Source: the human T2T-CHM13v2.0 reference genome, Homo sapiens
NCBI RefSeq assembly: GCF_009914755.1
Contig: NC_060938.1
Direction: 5' to 3' (one strand)
Length of the DNA stretch: 64,000 bases
The translations under genes were made by a program, and so were the position numbers. The first letter of the stretch is position 1. The number at the start of each line of letters is the position of its first letter. The notes below the pieces were generated by a model. The model was not told the DNA's origin. It did not search any database and was given only the letters and a program-made list of their open reading frames with translations. This document shows, piece after piece, positions 47,383-58,241 of the stretch.

Positions 47383-48110
47383 TATAGGGACAATTTAGAT
47401 TTAAATATTTGTCTAGTAATTGGTGTCATAAAATGGGGAGAAAATCTTCATGTAATCATTAAAGAGGATTTCTAATATCTGCCCTGGGTTAATGGTCAAA
47501 CAAAGCAGGCACAGGGATGCAGAATCATGTGTGTCAGGAAACCACACAAGCCTCCTGCCAGGTAACTCCTAGAGGTCATTATCACAGAACATTCCCTAAA
47601 GGCCCTTCTCTTCCTTTTGGGTTGCCTCCATCACCACCACTACAGTCCTCTTTTCTCTCCTTTACCAGCCGACTCCCACCTAATCAATATTGAGGGACCT
47701 TGTTTCCCCTTGAGTTCTTAAAATTGAAGGTCACAATGCAGAAAAATATAGGTGAGTTTGATTTTTCCATTAGCTTAGTCCCACTAAAAGGGGAACCCTC
47801 TGCGTTCCAGACATGAATGTTAAACAGCAGATTCTAAAGCCGACAGCAGCACATCCACCTCCCACTATCTGAATTTCTGACACATTTCAAAATGGCAGGT
47901 ACTCCAGTCTATAATTCATAGAACCTATCACTTCGTTCCAGCCACCTCTTCTCTTGAAGGAGACCTCTGTGATCTTTGGAGTTTTGTCTTAGCCTCACTC
48001 ATCTTCCTGTTAGGTTATGGTTAATATGTGACAACTTATACCTCTCCCATAAAATCAAGATTCTAGAAATTTAATGTTAAAACATTTCCTAAGCAAGAGG
48101 AGATAAATAG

Positions 48111-48513
48111 TGTATTAGTCTGTTTTGTGTTGCTACAAAGGAATACCTGAAGTAGGCAATTTATAAAGAAAAGAGGGTTATTTGGCCCATGGTTCTGCAG
48201 GCTGTACAAGCATGGTACCAGTATCTGTTTCTAGTAAGGGCTTCAGGGAGCTTTTGCTCATGGCAGAAGGCAAGCAGGGCTGACCAGCCACATGGTGAGA
48301 GAGGAAGCAAGAGAGAAATGGGCTCTTTTAAACAATCCAATCTCAGGGGAACTAACAGAATGAGGACTTACTCATTATTGTGGAAAGGGCACCAAGCCAT
48401 TCATGAGAGATCTGCCCCCACGACCCTAACACCGTCCACTAGGCTCCAACTCTAATACTGGGGGTCACATGTCAACATGAGATTTGCAGGGAGCATATAT
48501 CCAAACTATATTA
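48111..48513 (-). mobile_element. MST (MSTB-like) solo LTR, MaLR
   Basis: tgtattagtctgtttt...atccaaactatatta ends. Confidence 0.88.
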
Positions 48514-48569
48514 TTGATGAGTTTAGTAAGATAAATGGGTCACTCATTATAGTAAAAGTCTTGATTCCT

Positions 48570-48712
48570 TGAGCAATTAGAGGCCAGGCATTACAGTAAA
48601 CACTTTCAATATCATTTAATCCATATAAAAATCCCATTTGACAAATAAGAACATTGATGAATATTTCAATTCAAGTCTGGCTGACTCCAACACACTTGTA
48701 CTATACTCCACT
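48570..48712 (-). mobile_element. MIR fragment
   Basis: tcatttaatcc...cccatttgacaaataagaa...caagtctggctgactcca. Confidence 0.55.
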
Positions 48713-48849
48713 ATCACCCAATCTCTATACTGAATATACTAACCTGCCCTGTCCATTGTCTCTGTGCTCAGGTCCTAGATCCTGCACTCCTATTTATTTG
48801 GAATCTTAACACGAAACCCAATATTAGTTGTAAAATAGGACCATCTCTA

Positions 48850-49395
48850 TGCATTAGTTATCAATTGGTGCATAACAACTTGCTCTGAAATTTGGCAGTT
48901 TAAAACAGCAAGTATTTATTTTCTCCATTTCTGTAGATCACAAGCCTGGGCATGGCTTATTTGGGCTCTCTGGCTCAACAACAGTTCCTCATGAGATTGG
49001 AGTTGAGCTATTGGCCAAGGCTGCAGTTTCATATAAAGGTTTGACTGGGGCTGAGGGAAGTTGGAGGATCTGCTTCCAAGCTCACTCATGTGGAAGTTGG
49101 CAGTCCCCAGTCCCTTCCCACATGAACCTTTTACAGAATTTTCTCAAAACATGGCAGCTTGTTTCTTCCTGAAGAGTGATCTGAGAAAGCGGAGAAAGAA
49201 CAAAAGACAGTCCTCAAGACAGAAGCCACAGTATATTATAATCTAATCATGGGTTATATGCTATAACTTCTGCTATATTCTCTTCACTACAAGCAAGTCA
49301 CAAATTCAGCTCATACTAAAGCAGAGAGGATTATATAAGGTGTGAACACCTGTAAGCTAGGCCATTTGGTTCCATCTTAGAGGTTGCCTACCCCA
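48850..49395 (-). mobile_element. MLT1 (MLT1F-like) solo LTR
   Basis: ggaggatctgcttccaagctcactcatgtgg; ends ccatcttagaggttgcctacccca. Confidence 0.8.
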
Positions 49396-50391
49396 CTCCC
49401 CCAACACTCCCACCACCTATGTGTCATCCCCCTGTGTCCCTTCATCTTTAAGTCATAATTGTGCTTATCAATAGCAGGGATTTTATACATGTCTATCTAA
49501 CTCTTAGCCATTGTTCTTGGGCTCAGGAGTCTGACTTTCGTCTTAAAAAGATACTTGAAATCTTTATTATATAATGCCAGAAGTCTTTTTCATGTTTCTT
49601 ATTGTTGGGTTAAGTTGTTCAGACTATAGTGGAAGCTAGATTTGCGTTGGAGGGAATCTTGACTTTCTCTTCTTCTGCTTGCCAATATAGGCCCTGGCTC
49701 CCCTAATGTGAGCCTCCAAGTTTAGTCAGCCCCTCTATTATTTCTAAATGAGCAAAATATTTTCATACCTAACCTGTAATAATTTATCTGAATATACTTA
49801 TATGAGCTTCAGATGATTTTTACTAGTTTTAAATGCCTACCCTACCTGCACTCCATAGCCTCATACCCCAGTCCCTCATTCTTGCCTTTCCCGGAATAAA
49901 TCTTTTCCAGGGCACACCTTTCTCATCCTTACCTTCAGAGATTTTTTTCCCTGGTGTCAGATCTTCCTGCACTAGTATGTAGTCATCTCTTTCACTGCTG
50001 CTTCTAGGAAGCTCCTTGACTTGGGGTCCTTCCTTCAGTCTTATTCAAGTTGCTGCTCCATAGCTTTTACCAAGTTGCCACAACAAATTATGCTGTTTGG
50101 TGAAGCTTAGTCCTTTCTAACTTTCAACCTAGTATTAGTACTTGACCTGGTCATAATAATGTTCTCAAATTTTATTTTACTTTGCTACAAACATTTTTCA
50201 GGTGAAGATTCCATAACACATTTCCTCTATCAGCTTTCACTTTCTGGTAGAAGAAAAAATGAAATACCAATGAAGTAATCACTTTGAGAAGATTTTTGAG
50301 GGTTTATATTTTCACATTTGATTCAGTAAGAGGAATATGAGTAATTCACATTTGAATTGTTATCTTTATATGTTTTAAAGTTATATATTGA

Positions 50392-50700
50392 GGCCAAGTG
50401 CAGTGGCTCATGACTATAATTCTATCGCTGTGGGAAGCCAAGGCAGAAGGATTGCTTGAGGCCAGTTGTTTGAGATCAGCCTGGGCAACATAGCAAGACC
50501 CCATCTCTACAAAAGAAAAACTTTAAAAAATAGCTAGGCATGGTAGTGCACACCTGTAGTCTCAGCTACTTGGAAGGCTGAGGTGGGAGGATCACTTGAG
50601 GCCAGGAATTCAAGGTTGCAATAAGCTATGATTGTGCCACTGCACTCCAGAGAGGGTGACAGAATGACTCTGTCACAAAAATCATAAAATAGCATTAAAT
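50392..50700 (+). mobile_element. Alu (AluJ-like)
   Basis: Diverged dimer. Confidence 0.92.
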
Positions 50701-50996
50701 GAAGTTAGATATTAAGAGATTATAGCTCTAAATATACATTAAAATTTATTATAAAGCTAAGCAAATCATCTATAACAAATACCTTGATAATAATGAAGAC
50801 AAATAATGATAATTTATTGTTAGGAAAAACAGGAATCAAAACAATCAAAGCAAAATTAATGCTGACGATTTACTGCTATGTAAAGCATTCTTTCCTAAAA
50901 TTTCAGAAATTTCATCTATCAGTCTGTATGCATGAGCAATGGGACTTGCCCAATAGTACCAAGTATTAATGGAATACTTAAAGAGATTTCTGAGTA

Positions 50997-51211
50997 TAGT
51001 CATCCTTGGCATTTGTTGGAGAATGACTCCAGGACCCCTGCAGATACCAAAATCCATGGATCCTCAAATCCTGCAGTCAGCCCTGTGGGACCCACAGACA
51101 GGAAAAGGCCCTCCATTATCTGCAGGTCCCACATCCAAATAATACTGTATTTTCAATCTGTGGTTGATTGAATCCTCAGATGCAGAACCTGCAGATACAG
51201 AGGGTCAATTG
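50997..51211. mobile_element. Tigger2-family MITE (MER2B/MER8-like)
   Basis: ccaggacccctgcagataccaaaatccatggat...gatacagagggtcaattg; TA-flanked. Confidence 0.8.
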
Positions 51212-51410
51212 TACTTTAACAATATAGTAACATTAGTTTAAAAATATTACTAGTTAATCCTTTATAATTTGCTTAACTTACTAGTCAACAATGCTAAGTT
51301 GTACCTAAAAATTCTATTGCTTTGTCTATCATCCATTCATAAGACAAAAAAGAAAGGGCATACATTTTCAACTAAATTTTCAGCACAGCAAGGAAAATTC
51401 TTGGCTATTA

Positions 51411-51717
51411 CAGGTCCACATCCTTTGACAGCCATAGAATCACATATAGTTGAGAATTTTTCAGATTTAAGAAAAAAGACAGTGCATATACTGTATATGA
51501 TATACCAACCAAAGTGCCAGGAGCAGTACCCTGTAACCAAATACATTAGTATGTTTGTGGTAAAACATATATTAAGTGAGATAAAGACTATAAATAACTT
51601 TAAATCATTTCAGATCTGCATTTGATGCCAAATGAGTTTACATCAAATTTAAGAAAAATCTTTTGGCTCTATTAATTTGGGGATTTTGTAGTTTGTGGTG
51701 AAGAGATTGTAGATTTA
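51411..51717. mobile_element. old Tigger-type MITE (Tigger15-like)
   Basis: TA-caggtccaca left end and a degenerate right TIR gattgtagattta-TA. Confidence 0.55.
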
Positions 51718-51899
51718 TACAGTGTTCCAGGTTGCTTTTCAGAGCTGAAATGTTTGAACCACTCTGAGGTTAATAATTACCAGTGCCCACCTCCATGATC
51801 TTTCTATAAAAACTCCCATGAGTTTCTCCAACGCCATTATTTTCCCGTTTCTACTAAAGCAGTGAAAAACTAAGGAAATGTGCATGTGCTTTTTATCCT

Positions 51900-53000
51900 T
51901 ATCAACTTTACTGAGAATTATTTTTCAATAAGTAATTTACATACAATAAAAGAAATCCATTCAAAGTATACAAATCTATGAGTTTTGACAGTTGCATACA
52001 CCTGTGAAACCAAGGCCATGATCAAGATATAAACCATTTCCAATATCTTCAAAAGATTTCATATGCCCTTTATAATTCATTCCTTTCTCCACTTTCCCAC
52101 TCCACTTCACCATTTGGCCACTGTTCTGCCTTTTTTTCCACACAGATTAGTTTTCATTTTATATCATAGAATCATATAGTATGTCCTCTTTTGTATCTCT
52201 TTCTTTCACTCTGCATAACGTTTTTGAGACTCCTCCATGTTGCTGCATGTATCAGCAGTCCCTCTTTTCATTCTTCAGTATTATTTTAACATACAGAATA
52301 CCACATTTTGTTTATCATTTATCTTTTGACAGATATTTATATTGTTTCCAGTTTGGGACTATTGTCAATCAAGCAGCTCTCTTTGCATGCACACACATTT
52401 TCCCTTCTCTTTGGAATCAAACCCTAGGATCAAAAAAGAAGGATCAACTAGTATATGTATATTCAACCTATTAAGAAACCAGCATTTTTTTCCCAGAGTC
52501 GTTTGTCTATATTTCTATTGGGTTACTTTTCTTCTTGTGATTGTGCTGTAAGAGTTCTCTTCTCTGGACACAAGTCCTTTGTCAAAGACACATATTGGAA
52601 TATTTTCTCCCATGTTATGGCTTGCCTTTTCATTTTTAATGGATATCTTTTGAAGAACAAACGTTTTGAATTTTGATAAAATTCAATTGATCAACTTTTT
52701 CACTTATCACTAAGATTTTCTCCTACTCTTTAAAGAGTTTTAGAGTTTTAGATTCATATTTAAACTTACTACTCTTTGGAGTTAATTTTTTTGTGTGGTG
52801 TGAAATAAGGGTCAATATTCCTTTTTAAAATAAATCTCTCCCATTGTTCTGGCACCATTTGATTTAAAATACTTTATTTCTCTACCAAATTATCTTGACA
52901 TTTGTTGTTGAAAATCAGTTGTCCATGTATGTGTGCCATTATTCCTAGGCTTGATATTCTGTTTCCCTGACATATGTATCTATCCTCTGGACAATATTGC
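51900..53000 (-). mobile_element. old L1 (L1MD/ME-like) 3' end and ORF2; continues at 56968
   Basis: aatttacatacaataaa...tatgagttttgacag 3' end followed by antisense ORF2 motifs. Confidence 0.8.
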
Positions 53001-53433
53001 CATCAAGCAAGAGGCACCTGTTGATTATTATCAGGAGCAGAAATCTGATCACTTCTGCCCACTGCATCTTAGTATCAGGCTCACCAAGGAAAACACAACC
53101 AGTCAAGCACTGAAAGACACAGAGCAAAATCAGCTTCATTACTGAGTGTTAGTCCCAATGGCCAGCAGGTCCCTCCTGGCAGCCCTTAATGGACAGTTGG
53201 CCTGCACACAGCCCCCTTGTGCTACAGCAACAGGACCCTATCTTTTCTCTGCACAAAATGGATGTAACGGTGTGTTTAGCCAGGTACCATATGATACACA
53301 CACTTAAATAAAAAAGGATTACACAATGAGTCTGAAAGAGGGAAAGATATCTCCACACAGGGTGATAAGTGCAGCACAGAATTTGAGGATTCTGTGTCTC
53401 TTAGTAAGAATTCCTAGCCCAAGGTCCCTTCTT
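53001..53433 (-). mobile_element. probable ERVL-class LTR; short remainder at ~56910-56962
   Basis: Non-L1, GC-richer block that interrupts the old L1 and resumes after the nested L1, ending ...ttccccaca. Family not identified. Confidence 0.45.
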
Positions 53434-56400
53434 TTCTTTTCTAATTTTTAAAAAATTGTATATATTTAAGTTGTACAAGATAATGTTTTGCTATATATAT
53501 TGATATGGTTTGGATGTATCTCCACCCAAATCTCACCTTGAATTGTAACTTCCACAATTCCCACATGCCATGGGAGGAACCTGGTGGAAGGTAATTGAAT
53601 CATGGGGGCGGGACTGTCTTGTGCTATTCTTGTGATAGTGAATAAGTCAAATGAGACTGATGGTTTTAAAAATGAGTTTCCCTGCACAAGCTCTCTCTCT
53701 CTTTGCCTGCTGCCATCCACATAAGATGTGACTTACTTCTCCTTGCCTTCCACCATGATTGTGAGGCCTCTCTCTCTAGCCATGTGGAACTGTAAGTCCA
53801 ATAAACCTCTTTCTTTTGTAAATTGACCAGTCTCAGGTATGTCTTTATCAGCATCATAAAAATGGACTAATATAGCAAATTGGTGCCAGTAGAGTGGGGC
53901 ACTACTGAAAAGATACCCAAAAATGTGGAAGTGACTTTGAAACAGAGTAACAGGCAGAAGTTGGAACAGTTTGGAGGGCTCAGAAGGAGAGAGAAAAATG
54001 TGAAAAAAGTTGGAACTTCCTAGAGACTTGTTGAATGGCTTTGACCAAAATGCTGATAATGATATGGATGATGAAATCCAGGCTGAGGTGGTCTCAGATG
54101 GAGATGAGGAACTTGTCTGGAACTGAAGCAAAGGTGACTCTTGTTAGGTTTTAGCAAAGAGACTGGTGGCATTTTGCCCCTGCCCTAGAGACTTGTGGAA
54201 CTTTGAGCTTGAGGGAGATGACTTAGAGTATCTGGCAGAAGAAATTTATAAGCAGTAAAATATTCAAGAGGTGACTTGGGTGCTGTTAAAAGCATTCAGT
54301 TTTATAAGGGAAGCAAAGCATTAAAGATCAGACGTTTGCAGCCTGGCAATATGATAGAAAAGAAAATCCCATTTTCTGAGGAGAATTTCAAGCCAGCTGA
54401 AGAAATTTGAATAAGTAACGAAGGGCCAAATGTTAATCCCCAAGACAATGGGGAAAATGTCTCCAGAGCATGTCAGAGGTCTTCACAGCAGCCTCTCATA
54501 TCACAGGTCCAGAGGCCTAGGAGGAAAAAATGGTTTCGTGGGCCAGGCCCAGGATCCCTGTGCTGTGTGCTGCCTAGGGACTTGGTGCTGTGCATCTCAG
54601 CCACTCCAGCTGTGACTAAAAGGGGCCAAAATATAGTTCTGGCCATGGCTTCAGAGGATGCAAGCCCCAAGCCTTGGCAACTTCCATGTGGTTTTGAGCC
54701 TGCAGGTGCACAGAAATAAAGAATTGAAGTTTGGGAACCTCTACCTAGATTTCAGAAGATGTATGCAAATGCCTGGATGCCCAGGCAGAAGTTTGCTACA
54801 GCGGTGGGGTTCTCATGGAGAAACTCTGCTAAGGCAGTGTGGAAGGGAAATGTGTGATCCGAGCCCCCACACAGAGACCCTAATGGGGCACTGCCTAGTG
54901 GAGCTCTGAGAAGACGGGCACTGTCCTCCAGACCCCAGAATGGTAGATCCACCTACAGCTTGTACCATGTGCCTGGAAAAGCTGCAGACACTTAATGACA
55001 GCCCATGAAAGCAGCTGGAGGGAGGCTATACCCTGGAAAGCCACAAGGGGAAGAGCTGCTCTAGACCATGGGAACCCACCTCTTGCATCAGGATGACCTG
55101 GATGTGAGACATGGAGTCAAAGGAGATCATTTTGGAACTTTAAGGTTTAATGATTACCCTATTGGATTTTGGAGTTTCATGGGGCCTGTAGCCCCTTTGT
55201 TTTGGACAATTACTCCCATTTGGAATGGGTGTATTTACACAATGTTTGTACCCCCATTGTATCTATGAAGTAACTAACTTGCTTTTGATTTTACAGGCTC
55301 ATAGGTGGAAGGGACTTATCTTGCCTCAGATGAGACTTTGGACTGCGGACTTTTGACTTAATGCTGAAATGAGTTAAGACTTTTGGTGACTGTTGGAAAG
55401 GCATGATTGTGTTTTGAAATGTGAGGACGTGAGATTTGGGAGGGGCCAGGGGTAGAAATAATATGGTATGGATGTGTCCTCACCCAAATCTCATCTTGAA
55501 TTGTAACTCCCACAATTCCCACATGTCATGGGAGAAACCCAGTGGGAGGTAATTGGATCATGGGGGCCGGTCTGTCCTGTGCTATTCTCATGATAGTAAA
55601 TAAGCCAAATGAGATCTGATGGTTTTAAAAATGGGAGTTTCTCTGCATAACCTCTCTCTCTCTCTCTCTCTCTGCCAGCTGCCATCCATGTAAGATGTGA
55701 CTTGCTCCTCCTTGCCTTCTGCCATGATTGTGAGACCTCCCTAGCCATGTGGAACTATAAGACCAATAAACTTCTTTCTTTTGTAATTTGTCCAGTCTCA
55801 GGTATGTCTTCATCAGCAGTGTAAAAATGGATGAATACATATATATATATAGTGAAATGATTACTACAAGTAAGTAAATGAGCATATCTCTCACCTTTAA
55901 TAGCTTCCTCTTTTTTGTGGGGGTAAGAGGTAAGAACACATAAAATCTAATCTCTTGGAAAATTCTTCAATATGCAATACAATATTCTAAACTATAACCC
56001 TCCTGCTGAAAAGTATTTTCTGCAACATTTTTCACGTGTGGCTTATCTCACTTAGCATAATGTCCTCCAGGTTCCTCCATGTGGTCACAAATGGGAGTAT
56101 CTCAGTATCTCGTTTTAAAGGCTAAATAATATCCCATTGCATACATATGCAATAGAATACATATATAAAATATATATGTAACTTTTTTATTCATTAATGC
56201 AATGATAGACACTTAGGTTGTTTTTATATCTTAGTTCTTGTAAATAATGCTGTGGAAAACAGGAGTACACAGATATCTCTACGTGGTCATTATTTTATTT
56301 TCTTTGGGTGTTTATCCAGCAAAGAGATTGCAGGGCCATATATATGGTAGTTCTATTTTTAGTTTTTTTGAAGAATCCCCATATTATTTTCCATAATGGC

Positions 56401-56909
56401 TGTACCAATTTACATTCTCAGGAACAGTGTAAAAAAATTCCCTTTTTTCCACATCTTTGTCAACACTTATGTCTTGTCTTTCTTATAATAGTTATCCTAA
56501 CAAGTGTGATATAATATCTTGTTGTGGATATTCAATAAATTTTAGATATCACACCAAGAACTCAGGTGACAAAAGCAAAAATGAATAAGAGACTACACAA
56601 AACTGAAAACTTCTACAAAAATGAACATGAGACTATATCAAACTGAAAATTTCTGCACAGCAAAGAAAACAATTAACAGAATGGAAAGGCAGCCTAAAGA
56701 TTTGGAGGAAAACATTGCAAACCATATATTATAAAAAGTTAATATTCAAAATATATAAGGAACTTTCACACAACTCAATAGCAAAGAAACAAATGACCTG
56801 ATTAAAAAATGGGCAAATGACATGAATAGGCATTTTCCTGAAGAAGACATACAAATGGCAAGTAGGTATCTGAAAATATACCCAACATTGCTAATTGCAA
56901 ATCGGAACC
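53434..56909 (-). mobile_element. L1MA-type insertion with 5' inversion (minus 53434-53500 and 55840-56527; plus 56528-56909)
   Basis: The plus piece ends tgcaaatcggaacca, contiguous in L1 with the start of the minus piece. TSD aaggtcccttctt (53421-53433) / aagttccattctt (56910-56922). Confidence 0.8.
53501..55839 (+). mobile_element. complete THE1 (THE1C-like) MaLR provirus: LTR 53501-53874, internal 53875-55458, LTR 55459-55839
   Basis: Two homologous LTRs, a ~1.6-kb internal region, a polypurine tract before the 3' LTR, and a 5-bp TSD tatat. Confidence 0.95.
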
Positions 56910-56967
56910 AAGTTCCATTCTTATGCAGCCAAATAGGGGTGCATAAGACTATCTTTCCCCACAGCAA

Positions 56968-58241
56968 CATCTTAATTGCTGTAGTTTGATAATAACTCTT
57001 TAAATCAGGAAGTATCAGACCTCCAAATTTGTTCTTGTTAAAAATAATTTTTGTTATTCCAGATTATTTGAATTGTAATATAAATTTTAGAATCAACTTA
57101 TTAATTTCATTTTTTTCTGTATCCTATTGCAATTGCATGACATTTATACATCAATTCAGAGAGAATTGATATCTTAACAATATTGAGTTTTCTAGTCCAA
57201 AAACACGACATATTGCTCTACTTAGTTAAGGTTTCTATAATGTCTTTCAGCAATATTTTGCGATATTTAGTTTAAAGGATTTACATTGATTTTGTTAAAT
57301 TTATGTATTTATTGTTGTTATTGTAAGTTGAATTATATTCTCATTTTCCAATTGTTTACTGCAGTATATAAAATGCAGTTTACTTTTATATATTAACATG
57401 TATCCTGCAACCTTGATACATTTATTTAATAATTGTAATAATTGTTTTATGAGTTTCTAAGGACCTTCTAAATAAACAATTACATCACCTGCAAATAGAT
57501 ACAGCTTAACTTCTTAACTTCTTACATTTCTAAGTATATGCCTTTTTTTAAAAAATGGCTTGTTGCAATAGCTAGAACAACCCCACCCCAATACAACACT
57601 GAAACAAAGTGGTAATAGCTCATCTTGTTCCTGGTCTTAAAAGGAAAGTGTTCAATAATTAACCATTAAGCATAATGTTAACTGCAGAATTTTTTACAGA
57701 TGCTTTTTAAAAACAACATTGAGGTTATTCCTGCTTTACTCTATTTTATTGAGAGATATTTTATTTTAAACATGAATGAGAGTTGAATTTTGTCTGGTGT
57801 TTATTCTTCATCTATTGAAGTAATCATAAATTTTTTCTCTTTATTTTTTATTAGCATTGATTTTTCAATACTAAACAAATCTTTCATTCTATAAATAAAC
57901 CTGACTTAGTGATGACATACTGTCCTCTTTATGTATTGCTGGATACAATTCTAAAATATTTTATTAAAAATTTCTGTGTACATGTTCATGAGGGTTACTT
58001 GTCTGTAGGTTTTTTTTTCCCTTTAACATCTATTGTATCTATTTCTGCTTTGGTATCATACGAATACTGGCCTCATAAAATTACTTGGTATCTGTTCCCT
58101 CTTCTGCAACTTTTTGCAAAAATTTATGAGAAAGTTCTATTATTTCTTCCTTAAATGTTCAGTAGACTAGAATTTATGAGTGAAGGCATCTGGTCTACAG
58201 TTTTCTTAGTAGGTAACTTTTTCATTAAAAATTTATTTTCT
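56968..58241 (-). mobile_element. old L1 ORF2 (continuation of 51900-53000)
   Basis: Collinear antisense ORF2 motifs (cctccaaatttgttc, tatcctgcaaccttg, tgttcatgaggg). Confidence 0.75.

Noticed and set aside
51269-51625. 118-aa plus ORF overlapping an open minus frame
   Set aside because: Non-ATG start, no recognisable domain, and it largely overlaps a Tigger-like MITE.
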